A DNA stretch of 34,046 nucleotides from an uncultured Methanosarcinales archaeon (GCA_964398115.1 CAYNLP010000008.1:1-34046), one strand, 5' to 3'; positions 17,195 through 26,265 are shown, counted from the first letter of the stretch. Notes: generated by a model from the letters alone, not told the origin. Numbers and translations: made by a program.

Positions 17195-18487
17195 ATGTTC
17201 ATAGCCAAAACGTTGTCTTTCTACAAAAGGGAAGACATACAAGAAGCAATAGTAGAACACGCCAAGGATAAAGAAGTCGCGGTGATGTACGGCGACAGAG
17301 GCTTCGGCAAAAGACCACAAACACTCAGTTATAAGAATGACGTGTTAGAAGTAGCAAAGAACAAAGCAACAAGCCTCCACTGCAGCGAAGAACTATGGAA
17401 CAACCCTTCACAACTCAGCGCGGATATGAGAAGAGAAGAACTAGACGACCTCCGCAAAGGATGGGACTTTCTTTTAGACATTGACTGCACCATATTTGAA
17501 TACAGCAAAATCGCAGCATACTACGTCGTAAAAGCACTACAATACTGCGACGTAAACAAAGACTCAATCACCGTAAAATTCAGCGGAAACAAAGGATTCC
17601 ACATCGGCATACCATGGGAAGCATTCCCCAAAAAGGTACAAGGAGAAAAAACCAAAAAACTATTCCCCGAAGCACCGAAACGCCTCGCAGAATACGTCAA
17701 ATTCCTAATAAGACAACCCGTAAAAGAAGAAATCAAGAAACGAGAAGGCAAAGACATCGACAAAATAAGCGACAAAGTAAACATACCAATAGACGAACTC
17801 AAAAAAGAAACCACCACAGGAGGAGTAGACCTAAACCCTGCCCCATTCATAGAAATCGACACCCTACTAATAAGTAGCAGACACCTCTACCGAATGCCAT
17901 ACAGCTTCCACGAAAAAAGCCAACTAGTAAGCGTACCAATACAAAAAAACGAAATCTTAGACTTCGAAAAAGAAATGGCCGAACCCGAAAACGTAGAAGT
18001 AAACGCCCTCTTCATGAACCGCGACGTAAAAGAAGGAAACGCCAAAGGCCTATTCGTAAGAGCATACGACTACCAACCAGAAATAGAAACTGAAGAAGAC
18101 AAGAAAGACGACCGAACCTTCGAACTACCTGAACACGCCATAGAAGAAGAATGCTTCCCACCATGTATCAAAAAAATATTAGCCGGGCTAGATGACGGCA
18201 GAAAAAGAGCAGTTTTCATACTAATAAACTTCCTCAAAACCTGTGGTTGGGGACACGAAGAAATAAAACAAAAACTATACGACTGGAACGAAAAAAACAA
18301 AGAACCACTCAGAGAAGTATACATCAAAGGCCAACTCAGATACAGCAAAAACAAAGACCCAGTTCCCCCACCCAATTGTGAAAAGAAAGAATACTACAAA
18401 GACATCGGCGTGAAATGCCCCGACAAATACTGCCGATACAAAAACCCAGCAAACTACGCAAAGAAATGCCACGAAAAAGAAAACTAA
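17195..18487 (+). CDS. priS: Fused DNA primase PriS-PriL (DPANN type)
   Basis: AEP motifs WDFLLDID, KFSGNKGFHI and R.PYS.HEK, followed by the PriL Fe-S C-terminal domain FPPCI...PPPNC...C..C..KNP. Confidence 0.93.
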   Translation: MFIAKTLSFYKREDIQEAIVEHAKDKEVAVMYGDRGFGKRPQTLSYKNDVLEVAKNKATSLHCSEELWNNPSQLSADMRREELDDLRKGWDFLLDIDCTIFEYSKIAAYYVVKALQYCDVNKDSITVKFSGNKGFHIGIPWEAFPKKVQGEKTKKLFPEAPKRLAEYVKFLIRQPVKEEIKKREGKDIDKISDKVNIPIDELKKETTTGGVDLNPAPFIEIDTLLISSRHLYRMPYSFHEKSQLVSVPIQKNEILDFEKEMAEPENVEVNALFMNRDVKEGNAKGLFVRAYDYQPEIETEEDKKDDRTFELPEHAIEEECFPPCIKKILAGLDDGRKRAVFILINFLKTCGWGHEEIKQKLYDWNEKNKEPLREVYIKGQLRYSKNKDPVPPPNCEKKEYYKDIGVKCPDKYCRYKNPANYAKKCHEKEN

Positions 18488-18540
18488 TTGTAACTACTCT
18501 ACATCCATAAGCTTTATAAAGGGCACACTTTTCTCCAGAG

Positions 18541-18712
18541 ATGTCCCGGTCATAGACCGACTAGGGATATGCCTGAGAAAGACACTCTTCACATTCTGAA
18601 GAGGTCTGCAATAGGCGGTTGTCATACGCTCAAAGAACTTAGCAAGAGTTATCTCATCTCGACTCCCACCCGAGATGCAAACCGCAAATTCTCAGGCCGA
18701 AGAAGATCAAAA
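18541..18712 (+). ncRNA. Structured 5' leader of the rpl3 operon (candidate r-leader)
   Basis: TATA TTTATAAA at ~18513-18520. Paired segments: 18571-79/18689-97 (9 bp), 18585-91/18597-603, 18615-20/18680-85, 18655-61/18671-77, and a 5' hairpin at 18541-18570. Confidence 0.7.
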
Positions 18713-19699
18713 ATGGCAAAGAAAAGTTTTCCAAGAAGCGGAAGTATGCAATTTTGGCCTCGAAAAAGGTCTAAAAAGAGCTACGCTAGAATCAAGAATT
18801 GGCCAGACTCACAAAAACCAAAACCACTAGCCTTCGCCGGATACAAAGTCGGCATGACACACGTAATGGGAGTCGACAACACAAAAGACAGCCCGACAGA
18901 AGGCGAAGAAATACCATACCCAGTAACAGTGATTGAATGCCCACCACTAAGAATTGTTAGTGTAAGAACATACACCAAGAGGGGTGCTTCTCTACAAGTT
19001 TCTAACGAATACTTCGTTGGAGATCATAAAGATCTCGATCGAAAAATCGATGTCCCTGACAATACAGAAGAAGACCAAGTAGAAAATATTGAACCTGGCC
19101 AATATGAAGAAATCACAGTAACCGTACACACCATACCTAGCAGGACAGGAATTGAAAAGAAAACACCAGAAATTTTTGAACTACATCTCGGCGGCAATAA
19201 TTCTGAAAAACTAGAATTCATCCAAGACAACATAGGAAAAGACATCCCAGTTTCAGAAATTTATGAAGAAGGAGACCTAGTAGACGTTTATGGTATTACG
19301 AAAGGCAAAGGAACACAAGGCCCACTCAAAAGATTCGGAATCGGTCTCAAACCACACAAATCCGAAAAAGGAAGAAGAAGACCTGGAACACTCGGCGACT
19401 GGAAAAGACAACAACACAACATGCCAAGAGTGCCAATGGCTGGGCAAACTGGATACCAACAAAGAAGTGAAGAAAACCTACAAGTTCTAAAAATAAGTGA
19501 CGACCCAGACGAGATAAACGTCGAAGGCGGATATAAAAACTACGGCTTGGTCCAAAACGAATACATCCTAGTCAAAGGAAGCGTTCCAGGACCAAGCAAA
19601 AGAATGCTAATATTCACCAAACCAAGCAGGCCACCAAAGAAAAAACCAAGCCTGCCCACCATAAACTACATCAGCACGACAAGCAAACAAGGACGATGA
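18713..19699 (+). CDS. rpl3: 50S ribosomal protein uL3
   Basis: PRSGSMQFWPRKR, FAGYKVGMTH, TKGKGTQG and PMAGQTG; start placed at ATG 18713. Confidence 0.97.
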   Translation: MAKKSFPRSGSMQFWPRKRSKKSYARIKNWPDSQKPKPLAFAGYKVGMTHVMGVDNTKDSPTEGEEIPYPVTVIECPPLRIVSVRTYTKRGASLQVSNEYFVGDHKDLDRKIDVPDNTEEDQVENIEPGQYEEITVTVHTIPSRTGIEKKTPEIFELHLGGNNSEKLEFIQDNIGKDIPVSEIYEEGDLVDVYGITKGKGTQGPLKRFGIGLKPHKSEKGRRRPGTLGDWKRQQHNMPRVPMAGQTGYQQRSEENLQVLKISDDPDEINVEGGYKNYGLVQNEYILVKGSVPGPSKRMLIFTKPSRPPKKKPSLPTINYISTTSKQGR

Positions 19700-20505
19700 A
19701 AGTGAAAATACTAACTAAAGGAAGTACGGAAACAGGCGAGAAAGAACTACCAGACCAATTCCACGAGCCTGTACGACCAGATATTATCAAAAAAGCCGTC
19801 CGAGCCTTACAAGCGAGTAAAAGACAACCATACGGCGCTAAGAAAGGAGCAGGAATGAGACACTCAGCCGACCTAAGCAAGAAAAGAAGAGACTACCGAA
19901 CAAGCTACGGGTGGGGTATATCAAGAGTTCCAAGGAAAATCCTATCAAGAAGAGGGACCCGATTCAACTGGGAAGGGGCCATAGTATCCGGAACAGTCGG
20001 CGGACGAAGAGCCCACCCGCCAAAAGCAGAGAAAAAATGGGATATCAAAATCAATAAGAAAGAAAAGAGAAAAGCAATCCGAAGCGCGATGGCAGCAACA
20101 CAACAAAAAGAAATAGTAAACATGCGAGGACACAACACACCAGAAAACTACCCATTCATCGTAGAAACCGACTTAGAAGATATAGAAAAAACAAGCGAAT
20201 TAAAAGAAAAGTTAGAAAAACTCGGCTTTGAAGAAGAACTAGAAAGAACAAAAGAAAGTAAGGAAAGAAGTGGTAAAGGAAAGAACCGAGGACGAAGAAG
20301 AACATACAAAACCGGCTTGTTAATAGTGACGAAAGATGACGAAGCAGACATTATCAAAGCAGCAAACAACATTCCAGGGGTCGACGCAGTCTGCGTCAAA
20401 CGCTTAAACGCAGAAATCCTCGCACCAGGCACACACCCTGGCAGGATAACCTTATTCACTGAAGGCGCAATCGACGCGTTGGAAGAAGAGGAGCTGTTCC
20501 TATGA
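19696..20505 (+). CDS. rpl4: 50S ribosomal protein uL4
   Basis: VRPDII, GGRRAHPPK and LAPGTHPGR. Confidence 0.97.
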   Translation: MKVKILTKGSTETGEKELPDQFHEPVRPDIIKKAVRALQASKRQPYGAKKGAGMRHSADLSKKRRDYRTSYGWGISRVPRKILSRRGTRFNWEGAIVSGTVGGRRAHPPKAEKKWDIKINKKEKRKAIRSAMAATQQKEIVNMRGHNTPENYPFIVETDLEDIEKTSELKEKLEKLGFEEELERTKESKERSGKGKNRGRRRTYKTGLLIVTKDDEADIIKAANNIPGVDAVCVKRLNAEILAPGTHPGRITLFTEGAIDALEEEELFL

Positions 20506-20753
20506 GTGTAATCAAATATCCACTAAGCACGGAAAAAAGTATAAGACAAATGGAAAGTGAAAATAAACTTCAATTCGTCGTAGATATGAATGCGAACAAA
20601 ACACAAATCAAACAAGATATGGAAGAATTATTCGATTGTAAAATCGAAAACGTGCACACTTTGATAGATTCGAAAGGCAGGAAAAAAGCATACATCAAAT
20701 TCGGAGCGGAAACACCCGCCATTGACATAGCAACTCAATTGGGGATGATGTAA
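20502..20753 (+). CDS. rpl23: 50S ribosomal protein uL23
   Basis: IKYPLSTEK..., KKAYIK; operon position. Confidence 0.96.
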   Translation: MSVIKYPLSTEKSIRQMESENKLQFVVDMNANKTQIKQDMEELFDCKIENVHTLIDSKGRKKAYIKFGAETPAIDIATQLGMM

Positions 20754-20755
20754 AA

Positions 20756-21484
20756 ATGGGTAAAAACTTAATCCAACAAAAAAGAGGAAAAGGAAGTCCT
20801 AGCTACAGGAGTCCAAGCTTTCGATTCGCAGGAGCAGCAGGAGTAGAAGACAAAGACGCATACCAAATACTAGAACTACTAAAAGACCCTGCACACACCG
20901 CACCAGTAGCCAAGGTAGAATACGACGACGGGACATACGGAATCGTAATCGCACCCGAAGGAGTAAGGGAAGGGGAAGAATTCGAAATTGAAGATGGAGA
21001 AGTCAAAAGAGGAAATGTATTGAAACTAGACAACATCCCAGTTGGAACGAAAGTATTCAATATCGAAAAACAACCAGGCGACAAAGGAAAATTCGCAAGA
21101 AGCGGAGGAACAAGCGCAAAAGTCGTCGGAAAAGGCGACGGAGAAGTCATGGTACAACTACCCAGCAAACAAGTAAGAAGCTTCCACCCCGAATGCAAAG
21201 CCACAGTAGGCGTTGCAGCAGGAGGAGGAAGGACAGAAAAACCAATGATGAAAGCCGGAAACATGCACAAGAAGAGAAAAGCAAGAAACAAACTATATCC
21301 AAAAGTTTCCGGAGTGGCAATGAACAGTCTAAGCCACCCATTCGGTGGAACATCAAGCAGTCACAAAGGACGACCTACAATCGCCCCTAAGAACGCACCG
21401 CCTGGAAGAAAAGTTGGAAAGATCAGGCCTAAAAAGACAGGTCAAACCAAAGGCAGAAGCAAAAAGGAGAAAGATGAAAGCTAG
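20756..21484 (+). CDS. rpl2: 50S ribosomal protein uL2
   Basis: MGKNLIQQKRGKG, GVAMN..HPFGG and APPGRKVG. Confidence 0.97.
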   Translation: MGKNLIQQKRGKGSPSYRSPSFRFAGAAGVEDKDAYQILELLKDPAHTAPVAKVEYDDGTYGIVIAPEGVREGEEFEIEDGEVKRGNVLKLDNIPVGTKVFNIEKQPGDKGKFARSGGTSAKVVGKGDGEVMVQLPSKQVRSFHPECKATVGVAAGGGRTEKPMMKAGNMHKKRKARNKLYPKVSGVAMNSLSHPFGGTSSSHKGRPTIAPKNAPPGRKVGKIRPKKTGQTKGRSKKEKDES

Positions 21485-21496
21485 GTGATACCAAAA

Positions 21497-21883
21497 ATGG
21501 CAAAAGACGAATTCAAATATCGAGGAAAAACATTAGAAGAACTTCAAGATTTAAGCTTGAACGAACTAGCAAAACTATTACCTAGCAGACAAAGAAGAAA
21601 GATCAAGAGAGGATTCGACGACGACAAAAAAGCACTTATGAAAAAAGTCGAAAACAACGACACTGTCAAAACACATCAAAGAGACATGATAGTACTCCCC
21701 AACTGGGTTGGCAAAACTATAAAGGTTTACGACGGAGAAGAATTCCGACCAGTAACAATAGAACCCGCCCACATCGGACACTACTTGGGCGAACTAGTAC
21801 TAACAAGAGAAAAAGTCGAACACAGCGCACCAGGTGTCGGTGCGACAAGATCAAGCACAGCAATCGTTGCAAGAGCAAAGTAA
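21497..21883 (+). CDS. rps19: 30S ribosomal protein uS19
   Basis: FKYRGKTLEEL, KTHQRDM, GHYLGE and PGVGATRS; SD AGGTGA before ATG 21497. Confidence 0.97.
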   Translation: MAKDEFKYRGKTLEELQDLSLNELAKLLPSRQRRKIKRGFDDDKKALMKKVENNDTVKTHQRDMIVLPNWVGKTIKVYDGEEFRPVTIEPAHIGHYLGELVLTREKVEHSAPGVGATRSSTAIVARAK

Positions 21884-21884
21884 A

Positions 21885-22568
21885 ATGGGACAAAAATACA
21901 CATTTCAAGGAAGCGAGCAACACACGGCTAAAGCACTTGGCAAAAGCCTCCCTATCAGCACTAAGCACAGCATAGAAATCTGCAAAGCCATCAAAGGGAG
22001 ACACATCAACAACGCCAAGAAAATGCTAGAAAAAGCTGCTAAAGAAGAAGAACCCATAAGCTTCACACGCTTCACCGAAGGAGCAGGTCACAAACCAAAC
22101 ATAGGAATGGGTAAGTTCCCAGTCAAAGCCTGCAAAAACATACTACAAATAGTAGAAAGCGCAGAAGCAAACGCACAAAACCAAGGACTAAGCAGCGACC
22201 TGAAAATAATAAGTGCTGTGGCAAACGAAGGACCACAAAGCTTCCGATACGGCAGGCACAGAGGACGAAAAGAAAAAAGCACACACGTCGAAATAGTGGT
22301 CCGAGAAGTACAACCAGAAGAACCAGAAATCGAAGAAGTAGAAGAAAAAGAAACAGAATCAGAGGAAACCCAAGAAAAAGAAGAAAGCGAAGACAAAGAA
22401 GAAGAGGGAGAAGATAAAGAAATCCCTGCTAGGAGCACTATAGAAAACAAGACTAAAGATGAAATTAAAGAATATGCAAGTGAAGAATGGAATATTGAAC
22501 TATCAACGAATGATTTGAAGGATGAAATGATCGACCAGCTATTCGAGGAAATCGGTGATAACAAATGA
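21885..22568 (+). CDS. rpl22: 50S ribosomal protein uL22 with acidic linker and C-terminal repeat module
   Basis: ISTKHSIEIC, GKFPVKA, SAEANA and THVEIVV, then a ~80-aa extension. Confidence 0.96.
   Translation: MGQKYTFQGSEQHTAKALGKSLPISTKHSIEICKAIKGRHINNAKKMLEKAAKEEEPISFTRFTEGAGHKPNIGMGKFPVKACKNILQIVESAEANAQNQGLSSDLKIISAVANEGPQSFRYGRHRGRKEKSTHVEIVVREVQPEEPEIEEVEEKETESEETQEKEESEDKEEEGEDKEIPARSTIENKTKDEIKEYASEEWNIELSTNDLKDEMIDQLFEEIGDNK
22416..22568 (+). repeat. 50-aa module, copy A (C-terminus of uL22)
   Basis: [50 protein letters not shown]. Confidence 0.95.
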
Positions 22569-23505
22569 TCGAAAGAAAATTCATACAACAAAACATGATG
22601 CAACAAAGGATTAAAGAATTCGTCAGCAACCAGCTCAAACGAGCAGGTCTAAGCGACGTAGACTTCCAAAGAACACCTTTGGGAGAAAAAATAGTCATAT
22701 ACGCGTCCAGACCAGGACTAGTAGTAGGAAGAGGAGGAAGCAATATTGCACAACTAACACAAGACCTCAAAGAAGAATTCGACTTGGAAAACCCACAAGT
22801 AGAAATCGAAGAAGTAGAAGAACCAGACCTCGACCCTAAAATAATCGCAGAAACCGTAGCAAACAGCCTCGAAAGATTCGGACCAACAAGGTTCAAAGGA
22901 ATAGGATACAGAGCCTTAAACGACGCAATGGACGCAGGAGCTCGAGGAGTAGAAATAGTTATCAGCGGACGAGTACCAAGCAGTCGAGCAAGAACATGGA
23001 GATTCTACGCAGGATACCTCAAAAAAGCAGGTGAAACCAGCATATCAAAAGTAAAAGAAGGATTCCACCTAGCAGTTATCAAAGCAGGAAGCGTCGGAAT
23101 AAAAGTAAGAGTCATGCCACCCGACGTAAGACTACCAGACGACGTAGAAATCAAAGGCGAAGACATTGGAGTCGAAGAAGTAGAAGACGAAGACACCCAA
23201 GAAGAAATAGAAGAAGCAAAGAAAGAAGCAGAAGAAGTCAAAGAAGAAATAGAAAAAGTGGAAGAAAAAGAAGAACCGGAAGAAAGCGAAGAAAGTCAAG
23301 AAGATGAAGAAGAGAAAGACGTACCGGCTCGAAGCACAGTCAAAAACAAGACCAAAGACGAAGAAATTGAACTCACGTACCAGCTCAGTGAACGCNNNNN
23401 NNNNNAGAATACGCAGCAGATGAGTGGAACGTTGAACTCAGCACTAACGACTTGAAGGATGAAATGATTGACCAACTATTCGAAGAAATAGGTGAAAACG
23501 AATGA
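22565..23505 (+). CDS. rps3: 30S ribosomal protein uS3 with acidic linker and C-terminal repeat module (spans an assembly gap)
   Basis: RTPLG, RPGLVVGRGG and GVEIVISG. After the N-gap, another frame reads [32 protein letters not shown] and stops at 23505, overlapping the rpl29 ATG. Confidence 0.93.
23315..23505 (+). repeat. 50-aa module, copy B (C-terminus of uS3), interrupted by the gap
   Basis: KDVPARSTVKNKTKDE..[gap]..[32 protein letters not shown]. Confidence 0.9.
23396..23405. other. Scaffold gap (10 N)
   Basis: Run of N bases. Confidence 1.
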
Positions 23506-23687
23506 AATACGAACGTATAAAGGATATGTCCCAAGAAGAAAAAATGGAACAGATAAGAGAAGCAGAAATGGAACTCATCAAACTATACAGTCAAGTCAGT
23601 ACTGGGACACCGCCAGAAAACCCTGGCAAAATAAAAAACTTAAGGAGGACGATCGCCCGTATAAAGACGGCACTAAAAAATGAGTGA
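23502..23687 (+). CDS. rpl29: 50S ribosomal protein uL29
   Basis: ENPGKIKNLRRTIARIKT. Confidence 0.96.
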   Translation: MKYERIKDMSQEEKMEQIREAEMELIKLYSQVSTGTPPENPGKIKNLRRTIARIKTALKNE

Positions 23688-23988
23688 AGTATGCGGAAAG
23701 TGCGGATTACCTGAAGACCTTTGCGTCTGCGAAGATATCGCAAAGGAACAACAAACCATTACAGTAACAACAGAAAAACGAAAGTTCGGCAAAGACTACA
23801 CAGTGATTGAAGGCTTGAAAGAAAGCGAGATTGACATGAAAGATCTCGCAAAAAAACTGAAAACACAGTTCGCCTGCGGAGGCACTGTGAAAGAAGGAAA
23901 GATAGAACTTCAAAGAGACCACACAAAGGAAATCAAATCCGTACTTGTAGAAGAAGGCTTCCCACCTGAAAGCATACAGGTAAAATGA
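23680..23988 (+). CDS. sui1: Translation initiation factor aIF1 (SUI1)
   Basis: CGKCGLPEDLCVC, LAKKLK..FACGGT and IELQ.DH. Confidence 0.95.
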   Translation: MSEVCGKCGLPEDLCVCEDIAKEQQTITVTTEKRKFGKDYTVIEGLKESEIDMKDLAKKLKTQFACGGTVKEGKIELQRDHTKEIKSVLVEEGFPPESIQVK

Positions 23989-24212
23989 AACGGGAAGAAA
24001 TCATAGGTAAGACGATGAAAGTAGTAGATTCAAATAATCAGGACATAGTAGGCATCTGCGGAAAAGTCGTGGATGAAACTAGAAACACGTTTAAGATAAA
24101 AAACGACAATATAAAGACCATACTTAAAAAAGGCACTACATTCCGTATCGACGACGAAACAATAGAAGGAGACGAGATAATGATGAGACCTGAAGAAAGG
24201 GTGAAACTATGA
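23985..24212 (+). CDS. rnp1: Ribonuclease P protein component 1 (Rpp29/Pop4)
   Basis: EIIG...VVDS.N...GI.GKVVDETRNT and RPEERVK. Confidence 0.92.
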   Translation: MKREEIIGKTMKVVDSNNQDIVGICGKVVDETRNTFKIKNDNIKTILKKGTTFRIDDETIEGDEIMMRPEERVKL

Positions 24213-24802
24213 GCAAAGTAGTACAAGAAGGATGGAAACCAGAAGAAACATGCGAAGATGACAAATGCCCATACCACGGCAGCCTGTCACTACGAGGAAG
24301 AACCTTCACCGGAAGAGTAACCGGAGACAGGATGAGAAAAACAATAACCGTCGAATGGGATACTAAAAAGAAATATCCAAAATACGAAAGATTTGCTAGA
24401 ACCACTGCAAGTATCAAAGCACACAATCCACCTTGTATAGACGCAGAAACAGGACAAACCGTGAAAGTAGCAGAAACCAGAAGGCTATCCAAAACTAAAA
24501 ACTTCGTAGTAGTAGAAATAATCGATGAAGATACAACAATAATTGAAAGCGAAGAACCAAGCGCAGTGACAGAAGAAAAAGAAGGGCCAGAAGAGAAAGA
24601 ACCGGAAGAAAGCGAAGACACAGAAGAAACAAAAGAAGATGAAGATGAGAAAGAAGTCCCGCCAAGAAGTTCGGTAGAAAGAATGACCAAAGACGAAATC
24701 AAACAATATGCTGACGACCACTGGAATGTTGAACTATCAACGAACGATTTAAAGGATGAAATGATTGACCAACTATTCGAAGAAATAGGTGATCAAGAAT
24801 GA
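24209..24802 (+). CDS. rps17: 30S ribosomal protein uS17 with acidic linker and C-terminal repeat module
   Basis: [21 protein letters not shown] and [13 protein letters not shown], then a ~90-aa extension. Confidence 0.96.
   Translation: MSKVVQEGWKPEETCEDDKCPYHGSLSLRGRTFTGRVTGDRMRKTITVEWDTKKKYPKYERFARTTASIKAHNPPCIDAETGQTVKVAETRRLSKTKNFVVVEIIDEDTTIIESEEPSAVTEEKEGPEEKEPEESEDTEETKEDEDEKEVPPRSSVERMTKDEIKQYADDHWNVELSTNDLKDEMIDQLFEEIGDQE
24650..24802 (+). repeat. 50-aa module, copy C (C-terminus of uS17)
   Basis: [50 protein letters not shown]. Confidence 0.95.
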
Positions 24803-25200
24803 AAGCCGTAAAAAGCAAGATTGCAAAAGGACTAAGCGTAGGAAGCACTATACCCACCGCCGATAACAGTGGAGCGAAAAAAGTAGAAATCATTAGCGTA
24901 AAAGGACAAAAAGGAGTTAAAGGAAGAAGCAGCAAAGCAGGCGTTGGAGACATGGTAATGGTAGCAGTAAAGAAAGGAAGGCCAGACATGAGAAGAAGAG
25001 TAGTACCAGCCGTTATAGTAAGACAGAAAAAGCCATACCGAAGACCAGACGGAACTCGTATAAAATTTGAAGACAACGCCGCAGTTGTACTAAAAGATGA
25101 ACAAGGAAATCCAAAAGGAACAATATTCAAAGGACCAATCGCCAGAGAAGCCTGCGAAAGGTGGCCTGGCGTTGCAAAAGTAGCAAAGATAATAGTGTGA
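24799..25200 (+). CDS. rpl14: 50S ribosomal protein uL14
   Basis: [14 protein letters not shown] and KGPIARE. Confidence 0.97.
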   Translation: MKAVKSKIAKGLSVGSTIPTADNSGAKKVEIISVKGQKGVKGRSSKAGVGDMVMVAVKKGRPDMRRRVVPAVIVRQKKPYRRPDGTRIKFEDNAAVVLKDEQGNPKGTIFKGPIAREACERWPGVAKVAKIIV

Positions 25201-25206
25201 TACAAA

Positions 25207-25584
25207 ATGACTGAATTCAACAAAAGCTGGAAGTCAAGTAAGAAACCAAAAAAGCAGAGGAAGTATAGACAAAACGCTCCTAAACACATCCAAGGAAACT
25301 TTTTGAAAGCTCACCTCAGCGAAGAACTCAGAGAAAAATACGATAAAAGAAGTTTAAGATTGAGAAAAGGAGACATGGTAGAAATAATGAGAGGAGACTA
25401 TAAAGGTGAACAAGGAGAAGTAGAACTAATAGATACAGACGAACAAAAAGTATACATAAGCAATATAGAAGTTACGAGAAGAGACGGTTCAAAAAGTAAA
25501 CCACCAGTTAAACCATCCAACCTAAAAATTACAGAACTAAACAAAGACGATCCAAGAAGGATAGAAGAGGTCGATACAGAATGA
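25207..25584 (+). CDS. rpl24: 50S ribosomal protein uL24
   Basis: SKKPKKQRK and the KOW motif RKGD.VEIMRG. Confidence 0.96.
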   Translation: MTEFNKSWKSSKKPKKQRKYRQNAPKHIQGNFLKAHLSEELREKYDKRSLRLRKGDMVEIMRGDYKGEQGEVELIDTDEQKVYISNIEVTRRDGSKSKPPVKPSNLKITELNKDDPRRIEEVDTE

Positions 25585-26261
25585 CAAGACATCACTTGAA
25601 GAGACTGCCCGCACCACAAACCTGGAGAGTAGGAAAGAAGAAAGAAACCTACGTCACCAGGCCAAAACCAGGAGCGCACAGCCTAGACCTCGGAATGAGC
25701 CTAGACACAGTTTCAAAATACGTCGGATTGACAGAAACCAAAGCAGAACTCAAAAACATACTACAAAATAAAAACTTACAAGTCGATGGCAAACAAAGAC
25801 ACGACGTTAAACTACCAGTAGGATTTATGGACGTCTTAAGCATTCCAGAAGATGACATATACTACAGAATCGTAATGAGCAGCAAAGGACTAGAAGCTCT
25901 CGAAATAAGTGAAGACGAAGCCAAGGTCAAACCAGTAAAAATCACTGGCAAAACCAAAATCAAAGGGGGAAAGACACAAATACAAACACTTGACGGTCGA
26001 AACATAACACTTGACGAAGACAAATACCAAGTAGGAGACACTTTACTAATACAAATACCAAGTCAAGAAATAGAAGAACACGTCAAACTTGAAAAAGGAA
26101 ACAAAATACTCCTATACAAAGGACGACACGCAGGAGAAATTGGAGAAGTCCAAGACATAGAAAGAGATAAGCTAACCTTCAAAAGCGGCGATGAAGCATT
26201 CGAAACAAGAAAAGAATACGCTTTCGTAATAGGAGAAGACGAACCAATAATCGAGTTATAA
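25581..26261 (+). CDS. rps4e: 30S ribosomal protein eS4
   Basis: HLKRL.AP..W, PVGFMDV, DGRN and FETRKEYAFVIG. Confidence 0.96.
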   Translation: MTRHHLKRLPAPQTWRVGKKKETYVTRPKPGAHSLDLGMSLDTVSKYVGLTETKAELKNILQNKNLQVDGKQRHDVKLPVGFMDVLSIPEDDIYYRIVMSSKGLEALEISEDEAKVKPVKITGKTKIKGGKTQIQTLDGRNITLDEDKYQVGDTLLIQIPSQEIEEHVKLEKGNKILLYKGRHAGEIGEVQDIERDKLTFKSGDEAFETRKEYAFVIGEDEPIIEL

Positions 26262-26265
26262 AAAA

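Noticed and set aside
18569..18712. 48-aa N-terminal extension of uL3 in the ORF track
   Set aside because: uL3 homology starts at MAKKSFPRSGS (18713). The upstream segment is better explained as a structured RNA leader.
18541..18712. Leader as RNase P RNA, SRP RNA or tRNA
   Set aside because: I found no RNase P GAGGAAAGUCC-type P4 motif, no SRP helix-8 motif and no tRNA T-loop or cloverleaf.
23406..23505. Programmed frameshift in rps3
   Set aside because: The frame change coincides with a 10-N scaffold gap of arbitrary length.
23492..23683. 63-aa alternate-frame ORF overlapping rpl29
   Set aside because: It overlaps the clear uL29 frame and has no recognisable features.
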